DNA from: Balanoglossus misakiensis
Taxonomy: Eukaryota > Animalia > Hemichordata
Assembly (NCBI GenBank): GCA_040954595.2
Contig: CM082587.2
Location: 6,189,705 to 6,253,704, forward strand
DNA length: 64,000 nucleotides
Reading direction: 5' to 3'
Position numbers and translations under genes: made by a program. This document shows positions 41,301 through 54,332 of this stretch, piece after piece (position 1 is the stretch's first letter; each line of letters opens with the position of its first letter). The notes beneath the pieces were generated by a model that was given only the letters and a program-made list of their open reading frames with translations, did no database searches and was not told where the DNA came from.

Positions 41301-44300
41301 ATGTACTGTGACTATGGGTGAGTTCCATTTGACACACTAAATTTATAAATATTAAAACATTGTCCTTTGATTATAGGTATGATAATTAATAAGCTCACAT
41401 AAAAGCTTTCATGGTTGTCAAGACAGGGTTAATTCAAGTTTCTTTGAAGTAGAATGTGCTTGTATAGGGCATGCTGACTGGGATTGTACACATAAACACA
41501 GTGGCAATGTTGAATATACACACATGGACTTTGTCAATAAGCCACATACTAGGTATTTCCGTCGTTTACGTGTCATGTTTACCCAATCATATTACACTGT
41601 TTCATTTCCCAGAAATTTCAGCGCATTTGAAAACGACTATTACGGAAATTGCTTCACGTTCAACAGCGGGCATGTAAACAATCAGAGTTTATTGATGTCC
41701 AACCGGCCAGGAAGTAGATATGGTAGGTGGTGCTCGCATAAAATGTAAAGCTTGTCTTTCAAGGCCAGAGACTCTGCGAGAGATCCATTGCATAGGTTAG
41801 CAGTTTACTTGGAAGGACTTTCCCATATGACACAGGACAAACATCACATGGCCCATCGTGTTAAACATTTGTTAAACTCTTCATCTATTCTATTTTCATG
41901 TCTTTATTAATTGGCAAGCAGCCTATTTCTAAGGTCATTAACCAAGTCTCGCGAGATCTTGCAATGGGTGGAAATTCATCGACTGACATATATTAGAATA
42001 TGAGTGAAAACTTTGTAGTGTGTCAAATTAACCGTATTTCTACAGATTGCGGTTGTCACAATAACCACATTCAGGTAATATATTTTGATCACAGGTTTAA
42101 AACTCACTTTGTTCATTGAGCAAAACGAATACATACCGCTGTATGGGCAGGAGGCTGGGGTCCGTGTGTTGATTCATTCACCTGATGTTACACCATTCCC
42201 AGAGGACGATGGTATTACAGTGGCCCCTGGCTCAAAGACTTCCATTGGACTAAGAATGGTTTGCCATATCTTTTACAATTTTACATTTGGTTCTATTCCA
42301 CCTTTGCCAAAGATGAGCTTCACATAATCACATAGCAAGAAAACAGCATTACATGTTGTAACAGTGTCATGCATTCATCGCATCTGAGTGGCTTAGAATG
42401 TGCATGCATCTTGTAGATAGACCCCTTTGGAAAATTAGTTATTAGTTCATGACCACGTATTATTAATTACCTCTGCAGGACACAGTAGAGGGGCTCAGTG
42501 AACCATACACCAATTGCACCAACCAGGAGGAGTTTGATTCTATATATGGACAAGGGTATAGATATTCAGATTTGGTAAGTATTTTTAACACACAGATTTG
42601 GTTATTGTTTGTGTTTCCTTTCATTGAAGAAGTGGGGAATGTCAGTGATCACCATGAAAGATGAGGTGACACAATCATTCTTGTAATAATTAGATACATT
42701 TACCGTCTAGTGTACATGGTTAAAGTTGGTTATTATAGGTCCTAGTCTGTGGACTTACAAGGCCACAGTGGATGATGTCACAAATGCAAAGAAATAGTCA
42801 CCCTCAAGTTATTTTCTCTTTCAACAGGATTGCATGAAGACAAAAATTCAACAGTACATAGAAGAGGAATGTGGGTGTGTGGATACAATGTACATGAGCG
42901 GAATCCCATGTGATATAACTGATTACGAGGAGGGTAAGTGTGACCCATGAAAGTATTTGGTAATGTTGCTTCTGGATTACAGCTTGAACCATGGTTGCTG
43001 GCGTGTGAGCAAGTTACTCTCACTTCTAATGGGACGCTGACAGTGCAAGGAATGAGTTATTGGATTATGTTTTACTTTGAGCATTGATTACAAACATTCC
43101 ACAGCACAAGATACAGGGATATTTACAGAAAAGTGTTTTAACCCCACTATTAATCACAAAATGTGTTAATTATTTAAATAGTGGTTTCTCCTTTAGTTCA
43201 TTTTTAAATAATTCAGAAAAATGTATACAATCTTAAAGAAACATTTGTTTTTCATTTCTTTTTAATAGAAATGTGCCGCCAATTGATGGAATTTTTCTAC
43301 CAACGCGGATTGTTGTCAAATGATTGCAAGGAACCCTGCAAGTAAGTTTTTTTATGGAGATGATGATGATCATGATGATCATTATCATCATGGTGATCTC
43401 GCTGATGATAATAATGATCGTGGTGGTGGTGGGTGGTCCCTCATCTGTCAATAATACAAAATTTAACTTTTCCTTGCTTTACAGAGAGGTCAAATATAGC
43501 AAGACAATGTCACAGTCACAGTGGCCTTCCAATAGTCACGTGGTGAGTAACCATAGAAACAGAAATCTGGACCTGGTAATATATTCTTGTATCATTTATC
43601 ATTCAGTGTTTCCTTATCTACTTAATTCAAAACTATCCCTTTTTAATCTGCTTAAATCCTTTCTAGGGAGGCCTCATAAAAGTGTTGCGTCCACTAAACA
43701 CAAAAGTGCGAGATCATGTCTTTGACGAAAAATCGGCGAGGTAAATCACCCTGGCAATGAAACAGCAGCACCTTTTGCATGTCAATTGAGCATGTACACA
43801 TAAAAGCCGGAACTAGCATTTAATAACACAAAATGAGTTGTCTAATTTTTACCCACAATGCAATTAAAATAACATGACCACAACCCCCAGCATGAACTTA
43901 AACTATTGAAGTTAGCGAGAATTGTTTATACGTACAACACGTGAACAGCAAAAGTCACGCATGAAAATACATTGCACGTCTTCATCAAATCGTGCTTTTA
44001 AAGTCGGTCCATTGGGATTTAAAAGTTGCGATCCAACCTTTATTGCTGTTTTGCAGAGACAACCTAATACGACTTAATGTGTACTACGATGAATTAAACT
44101 ATCAGAAAATCACCAAGTTACCTGCTTATAGGGTACGTTCATTAATTTTATACCACCCAACCATATATTTTAATATATTTATTTATAATTATACACTGAT
44201 CTGTCTATATTTTTATCTACTCGATATTTTATGTCCATACCCACTGTAACACGTCCCGTTATTCCAAACAGATTGAAGAACTACTCGCAGATATCGGCGG

Positions 44301-44433
44301 TATATTGGGACTGTACATTGGGATGTCATTGATAACAGCTGTCGAAATCATTCAGTTCCTTGTGGACCTTGTGCGATATTTTGCGTTTCGGTCAAGGGAC
44401 ACCAAACAGAACCGAACACCATCTCACATTTGA
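35354..44433 (+). CDS. DEG/ENaC (amiloride-sensitive channel family) subunit with inserted LDLa x3, CUB x2, TSP1 x2 domains; 21 exons, ~1089 aa
   Basis: Exons 35354-35786, 36814-36936, 37439-37561, 37746-37877, 38061-38305, 38568-38765, 39032-39302, 39533-39717, 40052-40246, 40422-40560, 40849-41010, 41173-41317, 41613-41722, 42095-42258, 42479-42574, 42828-42933, 43269-43341, 43485-43542, 43667-43740, 44057-44132, 44272-44433; 3270 nt in frame. Channel motifs: STTCHG, TM1, FPAVTICNTN, GHQAEDFILQCSF, YGNCFTFN, GVRVLIH, QWPS, TM2 LADIGGILGLYIGMSLITAVE. Confidence 0.93.
43358..43432. repeat. Imperfect (ATG/ATC)n low-complexity tract in channel intron 17
   Basis: Degenerate GAT/ATC/GGT triplet runs. 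Confidence 0.7.
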
Positions 44434-45140
44434 AGACGAAAACGCGAATAGGCTGAAGGGGTATACATCAACTGTACAAACATTGCAACACAGTTATATA
44501 TATATATAGCTGTAGCCTAATGCAGATATGTTTAATTTTGCTTAGTAGTTAGAATAACTTTTTCGAGAAATGTCCGGACTCAGTGTGAAGCTCTGGAAAA
44601 TTTCAGAATTAATCATTAATGCTGCCGTATATTTTGATGCATTTGATTCTTTGGTTCTTGGCTGGGAACATGTATTCATATTGTGCGGCATCATAGGAAG
44701 AGACCACAGTGAAAAGTAGTCTTCGGATTTCTTTGATCAAATTATAACTCTTGATGTTTTTTCGATACTTGTATGATAACATTGAGTTCACGTATGCCCA
44801 TTGTTATCATTGTGCTCAGTAAATATTTGGCAACATGGAGAAAGTCGTGTACATTCGTTTCAAGATTTTATGTGTAAAATACGAAATAAAAAGCATGTTC
44901 GAATTCGCCCAAACATTTCCATTCTACGCGCCTATCATGCGAGGTGTGATATGTATACCCAGCAAACACTGTTATCGCTTGCACGACGTCACAGCACCAC
45001 CGAGCCGATTCCACCCAGAACAGTCGGCAAGCTACTTTTCCATCGCGGTCAGGTGGAATCGTAGAGTGGTCGTATCACTGGGATCAAACCCGCGAGTATT
45101 TACTTCTCCCTGTTTAACGGAATAATCGACAACCGATGCC

Positions 45141-48100
45141 ATGTATTCACTCCGTCGTGTGCAGTACCTTCTCTTGTGTTTACATCTTTTCACAGTGGCG
45201 TTGCACGGCGAGCCAGTTCGGTTCGACGGGTAAGCGTTTTCGAATTACAATTTACATGTGTAGTTGTATTTCATAATCGCTGCGTGTTCATATATTGATT
45301 GTCTGTGTGGTTACATTGCGAGCTTTGCATCGGCACTGGAAAAGTTTGTATGGAGCTGAAACTAAAAGGAAGACTGTGATTGCGTTTTTGGGGGGAAAGG
45401 GATAGTTGAAAATGAGTGCCGATAAAATGATTGTAAAAACTGAGGTACCAGGCGCATATACAATGGTGCACAATTGTGTTTGAGGTGGAAACCAGACTGG
45501 ACTCGAAATCGACGGAACTGACCACCTGTTAGATTCCCTGCTTTCGACACAAATACATTCGCAAGATTTAAAACATCAGTCTGCAAAGTGTGACCATTCA
45601 ATGTGTTTATTGGAAAGACGACTGGTGTACGTTTTGTGCAAATATTTACCTGTCAACATGTCAAGAAAGTCACACTACTCAACACTGTATTTGATTTTGG
45701 GCGACAGGTACGAAGTTTTAAGGGTCAAAGTTGAAACGGAGAGAGATTTGGACGTCATAAAAGATATCTTGGCATCAGATAGGGTGAGTAAAGTAATCAA
45801 GATTCAGGTGCGGCCGTTTTAGGAGTTAAAACTGTTTGAATGGTGAAATACTGTAGTGCAGAATACTAATGAAATAAAATTATAAGCAAGCGCCTAGGTA
45901 ATCCTAACACGAATAGGTGTGGAACAATAACAAAGTCGTGTCTCAAATGTCCAATTTAATTGACAACGAAAAACAGTATTTTAATCTTGTTGTTTTGGGA
46001 ACGTTTTCATTTATACAGTATGATGCGTGGGACTATCCCAGCGATATCATGACAGCTCCTTCCGACGCTGATTGGTTGAAAACGAGTCTCCATGACGCTG
46101 AAATCCATTACGAAGTTTTGATAGAAGATGTCCAAAAACTTATCGACAGCGAGAGAGTGCGGCCAGGTGTAGGCCATTTTTCTGCCGATGACGTCACCGT
46201 TCAAAATGTCCACAATTTTGATTATTTTGTGTATCATCGGTATTCCGAGGTAAGACGCTACAGGAAAACCTGGTAAGATTCATGCTAAATTTACAGTCAC
46301 TGGGGTAGGACAAAGTCCACATATTTTCGATTACAGCCAAACCTGTGACAGTTGCCACCTCTATTATAGTGGCCACCACTCCAACGCATGGCAACGACTG
46401 AGGGATTTTTTGTCCATTCTCTCCCAGATTGACCAGTGGATCAAAGACACCGCTGCAAAGTATCCTAGTCTCGCCAAAGAGTTTGTTTTGGGAAGATCCT
46501 ACGAGAAGAGGGTTGTGAGAGCCTTGAAGGTGAGATTGTGTAGAACTATGTTACAAAATTTGTTGGGCAACCATATCAGCCACTTGGGCTTGCCTGCACG
46601 ATGTTGTTCGAATCGGATAGTCATAGTCTTGGTATTGTTTTCCTTATCAGCTTGGAAATTCTTCGAGGGGTGACGTCAGAGAAGCCATGTGGATCCACAG
46701 TGGCATCCATGCCAGGGAGTGGATCTCACCTGCCACCAACTTGTGGATGACCAATCAGGTAACACCATCCGCGGCGCACCTGGTCTGCCTGGTATCAGGA
46801 AAATATACATAATTAAATATTCATCACTGTCACTATACTTGCTTATTGGAAAATTTTCCTTTGTGACAGATGAGCACCAGTCCAGGATCCATCCACTTTA
46901 GAATGCAAATAATCCGTAAATTGTTTTGAGAGATTTCCGATTTCATATGCGCAGATGCTGATGGAGTACGGGAACGATGACGTCATCACAGACTTGTTAG
47001 ACAGATTTGATCTGTACATATTGTTCAGTATGAACCCCGACGGTTATGATTACACTTGGAACGAGGTGAGAATCCTCTTGCTGGACAAAATGGGAGAGAT
47101 TGGGGGGGGGGGTAAGTGGGGGAATGGAAGGGTAGTGTTGAGAGACAATGAACGGACAGAACGATTGTCGACGATAAATAAAGGAGCGGCAGAAATGGGT
47201 GTACGTAACGCTGGAATGAAGTGAAGAGTGGAGGGGAGGAATAAAGGAAGATGGCGGTTTGAAATAAATTGCTGTTTTGACATGCCGCGACTAAGTGCTG
47301 ACAAGACAATTTTACGGCCAAATCCCCGAAAACCTGTATCATTAATTCGGCATGCCTAAGTTCTCTCACACTGACATTGAAAATTATCGATTTAATTCTC
47401 TGCAAATACAGAACAGACTATGGAGAAAAACAAGATCCAAGAATCTCGGGAGTGACTGCATGGGAACGGATCCCAACAGGAATTGGGCATTCGAATGGGG
47501 AGGTAACCTCGACAAAAAGTCTTGTCAACGTTTGCTGTCTTTTGCTGTGACGTTTGTAACCTTTCTTACAAACACTTTGAAAGACGCCACGGTCCAAACA
47601 TGTCTGAGGAAACGCATCACACGATCCGTATACTGATATGTGTGGTTAAGAAATCATCACGTCTCCTTCTTTATAGTTTATGGCGCGTAATTACGAGTAA
47701 AATATGTCACCGTTTCTGCTCGCCACCAGGAGACGGAGTAAGCTTCAATCCGTGCAGTAACGTCTTCTGTGGACCGTATCCGAATTCCGAGATCGAGGTG
47801 AAGATCGTGATTGACTTTCTCCAAGACGCCGCCAAGAGGCAAGACTTCAAATTCTTCATGGATATCCACAGCTATTCGAACATGTTCCTGAACGCTTGGG
47901 GGTACACGGCCGAGCTCCCGCCAGATTATGGCGAACACGTGAGTTATTGAAATCTAATGGGCCATTTTCCGAACTGCACGAGACCCTGCGAGATCTCGCG
48001 AGGCTAGGCAGATTATATGGTGGACGGTCTCTTTTTGACACAAACAACACATGGCCGTTGTAATTTTGTTCTTCCCGGTGGTATACTGTCCCAAGACGAC

Positions 48101-48666
48101 AGGTTGAGTGAAAGAAAATCCCGGACTCCTGAAAGTACGGGATAGACCGAGAAGCATGGGCACCATTTTAGCTTCTTCTGAATTGTGTAACCGCATGCTG
48201 GCTTGCTTGTAGACAAGACACAACTGTGAATAAGTTTCTCCATCTTGCAGATGGCCATTGCAAGGGTGTTTGTGGAGGCGTTAAAAGCGGTGAATGGTAT
48301 TGAATATACCTATGGGCCAATACCAGTACTTCTGTGTGAGTATCTTTTTTTTCTGCCACGAGATGTCGTTGGTAGTACTGCTGGTGGACGTGACCGCATT
48401 ACCCGAAGGTTATCTAAAGCTCAGTCTATCATTCTAAGATGAAATCATGACAAACATTGATTATCACTTCCTTTTCAGATCCTTCGTCCGGGTCCAGCAT
48501 CGACTGGGGATATGGTGTTCTGAAAACCAAATTTTCGCACGGGTTGGAACTGAGGGATGACGGTACCTACGGGTTTTTACTTCCGGAGGATCAAATCGAA
48601 CCGACGGCCAGAGAGACCTACGCAGGCATGAAAGCGCTTTACGCTTACATCATGGAAAACGCATGA
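45141..48666 (+). CDS. M14A zinc carboxypeptidase preproprotein (carboxypeptidase A-like specificity), 10 exons, 429 aa
   Basis: Exons 45141-45229, 45708-45783, 46019-46249, 46428-46529, 46651-46758, 46955-47065, 47412-47502, 47730-47938, 48251-48335, 48479-48666 (1290 nt). Signal peptide and prodomain; GIHAREW, NPDGY, RLWRKTR, DPNRNW, DIHSYS, catalytic ELRD; GSSIDW places Ile at the 255 specificity position (CPA-type rather than Asp of CPB). Confidence 0.95.
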
Positions 48667-50129
48667 ACAAATAGATCGGTTGGACAGTTGAGGCGGTTCC
48701 AATGGAGGAGGGGTGGGGGTATAGATTGAAGATCTTTATATGTAGGCCGGCTGGTCCCACACAATGTTACCCTTTCCCCGCTACGGCACTTTGTTTAAGG
48801 ATGTGCGATCTGTAGATTGAAATTGAAATTACTGTGATTTTTTTCATTGTGGGTTATTTTTTGTAAATCCTTTGTGATGAAAATATAAACCTGCTATTCG
48901 TTCTTATTTTTTAACTACAAGGCCGTGAATTTTGTTGATAATGATAACTTTCATCCATGGTTATTACCGGCCGTCACGATATAATACGCATGCGTTGTTT
49001 CCATGGCAAATAAAAACAAGCGTTTTTAATTTCTTTGCTATTTCGTTTCTCTCGGTTTCCCCTGTACTCAAGGGTTTCCCCGTGTATTCAAAGTTTTCGC
49101 CAAATCACAAATATGAAACCTATTCCGCGTTGTTTACTATCTTATATTTTTAATGATTTGTTTAATGAGCATGAAAGACGTTTGTTTTTCGCTAGCTGGT
49201 CCGCTGTCAAGTAAGGATATCATTTTGATGCTTGGTACGAGTTGGGATATATCCTATTTTCGCTGTCAAGTCAGCGTCCATTTCACAATACGTCACTCGC
49301 TGGACGTAAACGGTGACTTGAACAAGAAGATCTGACCCTTTTCCATCAAAATTGTGACGTCTACTGGCAGCAATTTTGCGGGGATCGTAGTGAGACTAGT
49401 AAGACCGACTGGACTGGACCACACACATCGAAAGTCGTTGCTACTTCACAGGTTTCGGGGTGGACACTGCCTGCGTTCAGGCCACCTTCCTGGTAACTGG
49501 TATAAAAATAGGGGTTAATTGCGGAGTAACCAGGCAGGGAAGGTGTGTTATGGTTTCAACCGGAATCCACGGAGATGAACACGCCACACCACCTGGTAGG
49601 GAGTGCGCCTAGTTAATGCAGACATGCGCAGTGGACATCTACAACTATGACACTGACTCTGTCATTTGAGAGGGTGTCACTCGACGGCCTGACTGTTAGG
49701 TCCTCGACTGCATCCACACCTTGAATCGCCAGCGGCTTAACGTTTCATCGTTACTCCGCCAGCCACTGTCTTTTCCCCGTCTCATATAACTGGTGTTTCA
49801 GAGTTATTTTGTGTTCGGGAGACGGAAAAGCGATTCCAAACTGCGCTGTACGCGTTAGAGTAGGGCGGCGGTCTGATTGTCTCTCCTCGGGCGCGAGAAC
49901 CAGGGCAAGGTAAGTAGAACAACGAGCATCCGTAAATTAAAAAGTTTCTAAAGATTCTCGTCATCACTAAAAGCGAACGAAACAACACAGAAAATGTTTT
50001 CGTTGCCGCTAGGTTTACTTGTGGGATCATTGTTTCTGGAAATGGGTTTGCTTTCCTCGATATCGTCGTGTACGCGGTGATTGTTTATTTGAACCGTGCA
50101 GTTTCCTTCTCTTGCTGTAGACGGGTACG

Positions 50130-53100
50130 ATGAATCGCATCATGCCGCACATGACGAGGGCGTCGGGCGGAGACACCCGCCGTAACAGCGACGGCTCCAC
50201 GTCGAGTTACGGATCCATGAGCAACGTCGGCTCGTCGATCCGTGAAGAGCTGGAGGGCCACGACAAGGGACTGTGCCGTGCGACGAATCTGACCCAGATG
50301 GGCAAACGGCGGCAGATGTTGAAAGTGTTGACACTGACCCTTCTGCCAATTATTGTGTTGACTATTCTGGCCATATCGGACTTGGTGAGGGTAAGTAGCG
50401 ACGTCAACGAACACAAATTTAAACTTTTTTGAATTAAAACTGTAAAAGCTTTGAGTTAATATTTAAATTTTGCTTAGATCAAGAGAAATGTGCGTGGTTC
50501 CAACTTGTGGAAACACGGCGCGCTTGGTTTAAGTGGTCAAATACATCTTGAAAAAGATGAAACTTGTCCACCTTCCGACATCGTGAATATTGCTTTTCAA
50601 TGCAGACTATCTATCGAAGTGTCGACGCCGCCGAAATCAGACGAAACGTTCGCTTCAGTCGTCAAGTGGGCGCGTTGGTTCACAGTCTGCAAATCGAACG
50701 CGATATGACGGCGCTGTACATCCAGTCCCAAGAGCAGGCTCGAACCGGACCCGAGCGCAAGATCTTCCTCATCAGCACGTACCCTGTGACAGACGAAGTG
50801 TTGGAAAGTCTAGACGACTGGCCGTCGTTTGGAACGAGGGCGTACCAGCATTTCAAGAACAAGGAGGCGTTTATGTCTTTCCTCTTCGAATACCGATTGA
50901 CTTTGGACGTCCACAATACCACCATCTACGAGGTAAGCTTGTGGGGCGAAGTTATTAACCGGTCTTAAAGAAATGCCCGTGTGTTAAGTCGGAATAAGTT
51001 CAATATCAGCTTGATCGGTAGCCATCTTTTTAAGTGATCGTTTTCGAAAGTTGAAAATACGACTCTTCGAATAGGCCACAATCGGAAATGGAAATCGCCG
51101 GGAATCATGCGGCTTTGAATGTCAGGAATGGAAGGCGAAAGTTGAACATGTGTCTCCGGGTTTGACTGTCAATATTCGGGTTTGACTTTCCATATTCACG
51201 CCGAGTTCTTGTTTTCCGCCCGCAGGTGATCCACTTCTACACCGACGCCACCCAGATATTCATCGACTGGTTGAACGAAGCAGTGGGGAAGTCCGGAGGC
51301 CAGGGATTGTGGGAGACTTTGGTGGCGTATCAGCTGCTGATCATCGGCATGGAGCAGATCGGAATCGAGCGAACGTTAGGGGCGGTGTTCTACACCCAGG
51401 GCGGCTTCGGGCGCCATAAGGACTACTTGTGGTACATGGAAAAATTCCAAGTAAGTTCCCCTTGCTTGCCATTGATGAAAAAGGGGGCTAAAATAACACA
51501 CAAGTTGAGTGCTAATACTTCATTTTCACTTATAAAAGAAAATGCGCACACCAAACAACACCAAAGGACAAAAATCATTACCAATTTCGATAAATTGGCC
51601 AAAGATGCCCTATTAATAAAACAAATCTAAGACGAATTTCCTTCACTGCAGGTTGGTGAAAGAAATATATGGATTTCACAGCAGTACTCGAGGCTCATCG
51701 CCGAGATCTTAGAGTACAAGGTGCAACAGCTGGACTACGATTTCCGCGGCACCATCGAAGAGCTGCGCAGACCCATCCAGCTGAACAATCTTTCCAGGGA
51801 GGCCTCGTGGCAAGAAGGCACGTGGTGGTTCGACAACATGACCATCTACATCGACACCCTGAAGGACAGCCAGCGGCGCATGGCCGAGATCATCCTCTGG
51901 AAGCTGGAAGAGCTACGCACGAAGGACGACACCGAGCTGGGCGTCAGCATCGGCATCATGGTGGTGGTGCTGGTCATGTGCGCCATCATCATCAAGGCGG
52001 CCGAGTCCCTGACGACCAACATACAGAACTACGCGCTCACCCTGGCGACGCAGACCAAGGCGCTGAACAAGGAGCGCAAGCGCACCGACTACCTGCTGTA
52101 CCGGATGCTGCCGAAGAGCGTGGCCGACCAGCTGAAGGTGAACAAGGGCGTCACCGCCGAGTCCTTCTCCGAAGCCACCATATTCTTCTCGGACATCGTC
52201 GGGTTTACTCGGATATGCTCGGACAGCACGCCCATGCAGGTGGTCGAGATGCTGAACACGGTCTACACAAACTTCGACAGCCGCATTGACACATACGACG
52301 TCTATAAAGTAGAAACTATTGGCGATTCGTATATGGTTGTGTCAGGTATCTTTACAGGTGCTATACATGAATATTTACAAAATCTCAGTTATTTTTTAAA
52401 ATATCATTAATACAAATTGCATATATTTAGAGTCCTGCTTCTATCCAGTGGCTGCGTTCGCGCGTTTGAAAAATCCTCGGAACAGCAGGTCTTTTAGCAA
52501 AAAGCTTATCCCTGCTCCTTTAGAATAGAGCTAGCAAATCATCTTTATTGTCCATAATATCATAGACCCATCTCCGAAACAGCAGAAGTATCCACGTAGT
52601 TTTTGCGGATGATAAACGCGTCAGGGTCGTATTGCCATGTGAATTCTACCAAAAAAGTACGTCACAGCGGTGTCGATAAAAATAAGTTCCAATAGCAATT
52701 AATATATGTTTAAAGCTGAAACTAAAAATTGAGCTCGCTCGGACCGGGAAAAACAGAAAAAAAAAACGCAGCGCCCTTAGGCCGAATGATAAAACAGAAC
52801 ATCTTTACGGGTAAATTTGAAGGTTGAATAATATCCGAATTAATGATAGTTATTTTGTTTTCAACTTGCCGCTTTTTTCAATGCTAATCCTGTACATTTT
52901 TAGGTAAGATGTAAATATATTTTTGCACATGCCGTTTCAACTCTTGACAGGCGTTCCGGAGAGGAACGGGAATCGCCACGCGAGCGAGATCGCCATCATG
53001 GCGCTGGACCTGGTCAGCTGCATCGAGGGACTGGTCATACCCCACAAGCCGGGCACGAAGATGACGATTCGCATCGGAATACACACCGGGCCGGTGGTGG

Positions 53101-54073
53101 CGGGCATAGTTGGCGCAAAGATGCCTCGCTACTGTCTCTTCGGTGATACTGTCAACATCGCCTCTCGGTTGGAATCGCACGGATTGCGTAAGTGTTAACC
53201 ATCATCATCGTGCAAAACTATTAATGTAGGGTAACGATTGAATTTTGAAAGTGGTTCAATCAAGGACAATCGCTAAAAAACAAAGATGCGTACCTCTGTT
53301 TGAGAGAATCGCAATTATCCTACTTTTAGCAAAACTCAATGTTTCCAAGTTTTGTTTACGTTTGCATTTAAGCAATCAAGGAATTGATTTACAATCGAAA
53401 CAGCTTCCATACAAACAGGTTGCTTCTTCTCCGAGTCGTTTGTGATCTGAAGAAACTGTCTATTTCATCCTTTTGGAGTGAGTCGGTTCTAAGTCCTTTG
53501 TGTTCGAAAACTATTATATTTAAACCATCACCCACGAAAACCACGCATGATAAGTAATGAATGTTTTTGTTTGTTTGTTAGCTAATCGCATCCACATGGG
53601 AGAAGTGACGTATCACATACTACAGGAAATCGGCTGCTTCGTTATGTCAAGAAGAGGCGAAATATTGATGAAGGTAAGATTTGCCCGTAGGTCCTACTAG
53701 ATAAAATTATCGATGGGTACCACATTACAAAATCTATTCCTTCAATGCTGGGTCCACTTCGACTTCTGCTATTATAGGCCTATAACTGTCTTTCTCTTTC
53801 GTCCAGGGCAAAGGATCAATGGTGACGTACTGGTTGCTGGGGAGACGTTTCCTGGGAGACGAAGACTTCCAGCAAGAGGTGTTGGACGACGGTATGAACG
53901 ACCCGCAGCCAGCGCAAGGTTCCGCCACCGTCGGCCCAGGGGAACTACAGAGCACGATCTCGAGCGATCCGGTGTCCGTTCGCCAGTTGTTCGGCATTAA
54001 CGATCCGAAAGAAGCCAAGAAGGTGAAAATGTCCGCACCACCCGGCACCTATACTTTAGGTGAAGTCGTATAG
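50130..54073 (+). CDS. NIT (nitrate/nitrite-sensing) domain transmembrane guanylyl cyclase (NIT-GC), 7 coding exons, ~700 aa
   Basis: Exons 50130-50390, 50606-50932, 51226-51450, 51652-52345, 52951-53187, 53582-53673, 53807-54073 (2103 nt). TM1, NIT-like [10 protein letters not shown] and IGIERT, TM2, coiled coil, [53 protein letters not shown] (GTP-specifying Glu and Cys). Probable non-coding exon ending at 49908. Confidence 0.92.
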
Positions 54074-54332
54074 AGTGGGGCTGAGATTACCAGCCCCAAA
54101 ATTTCGCCCCCTTGGAACTCAGGTCCTGGCACAAGTCTGTACATGTATCTGCAAAGACGGTCCATGACAATGGCCGCATGCTCTACGCGACTGTCAATGC
54201 TCGGGACAATAGTCTTGTGACAGGATCTGAAATTCCTGCCTGTGCCAGTACCTCTATGAACGCACAGGACTGTATACATTGCTTTGAACACAGTCCAGTG
54301 GACGGGGGGCTTAAGTTTTGTGGCGTAAACAC

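Noticed and set aside
45040-45095. tRNA/SINE-like B-box (GGATCAAACCC)
   Set aside because: No cloverleaf or convincing A-box; lies in the carboxypeptidase 5' region.
51669-52289. 206-aa His/Arg-rich ORF overlapping the cyclase
   Set aside because: Off-frame shadow of a GC3-rich coding exon.
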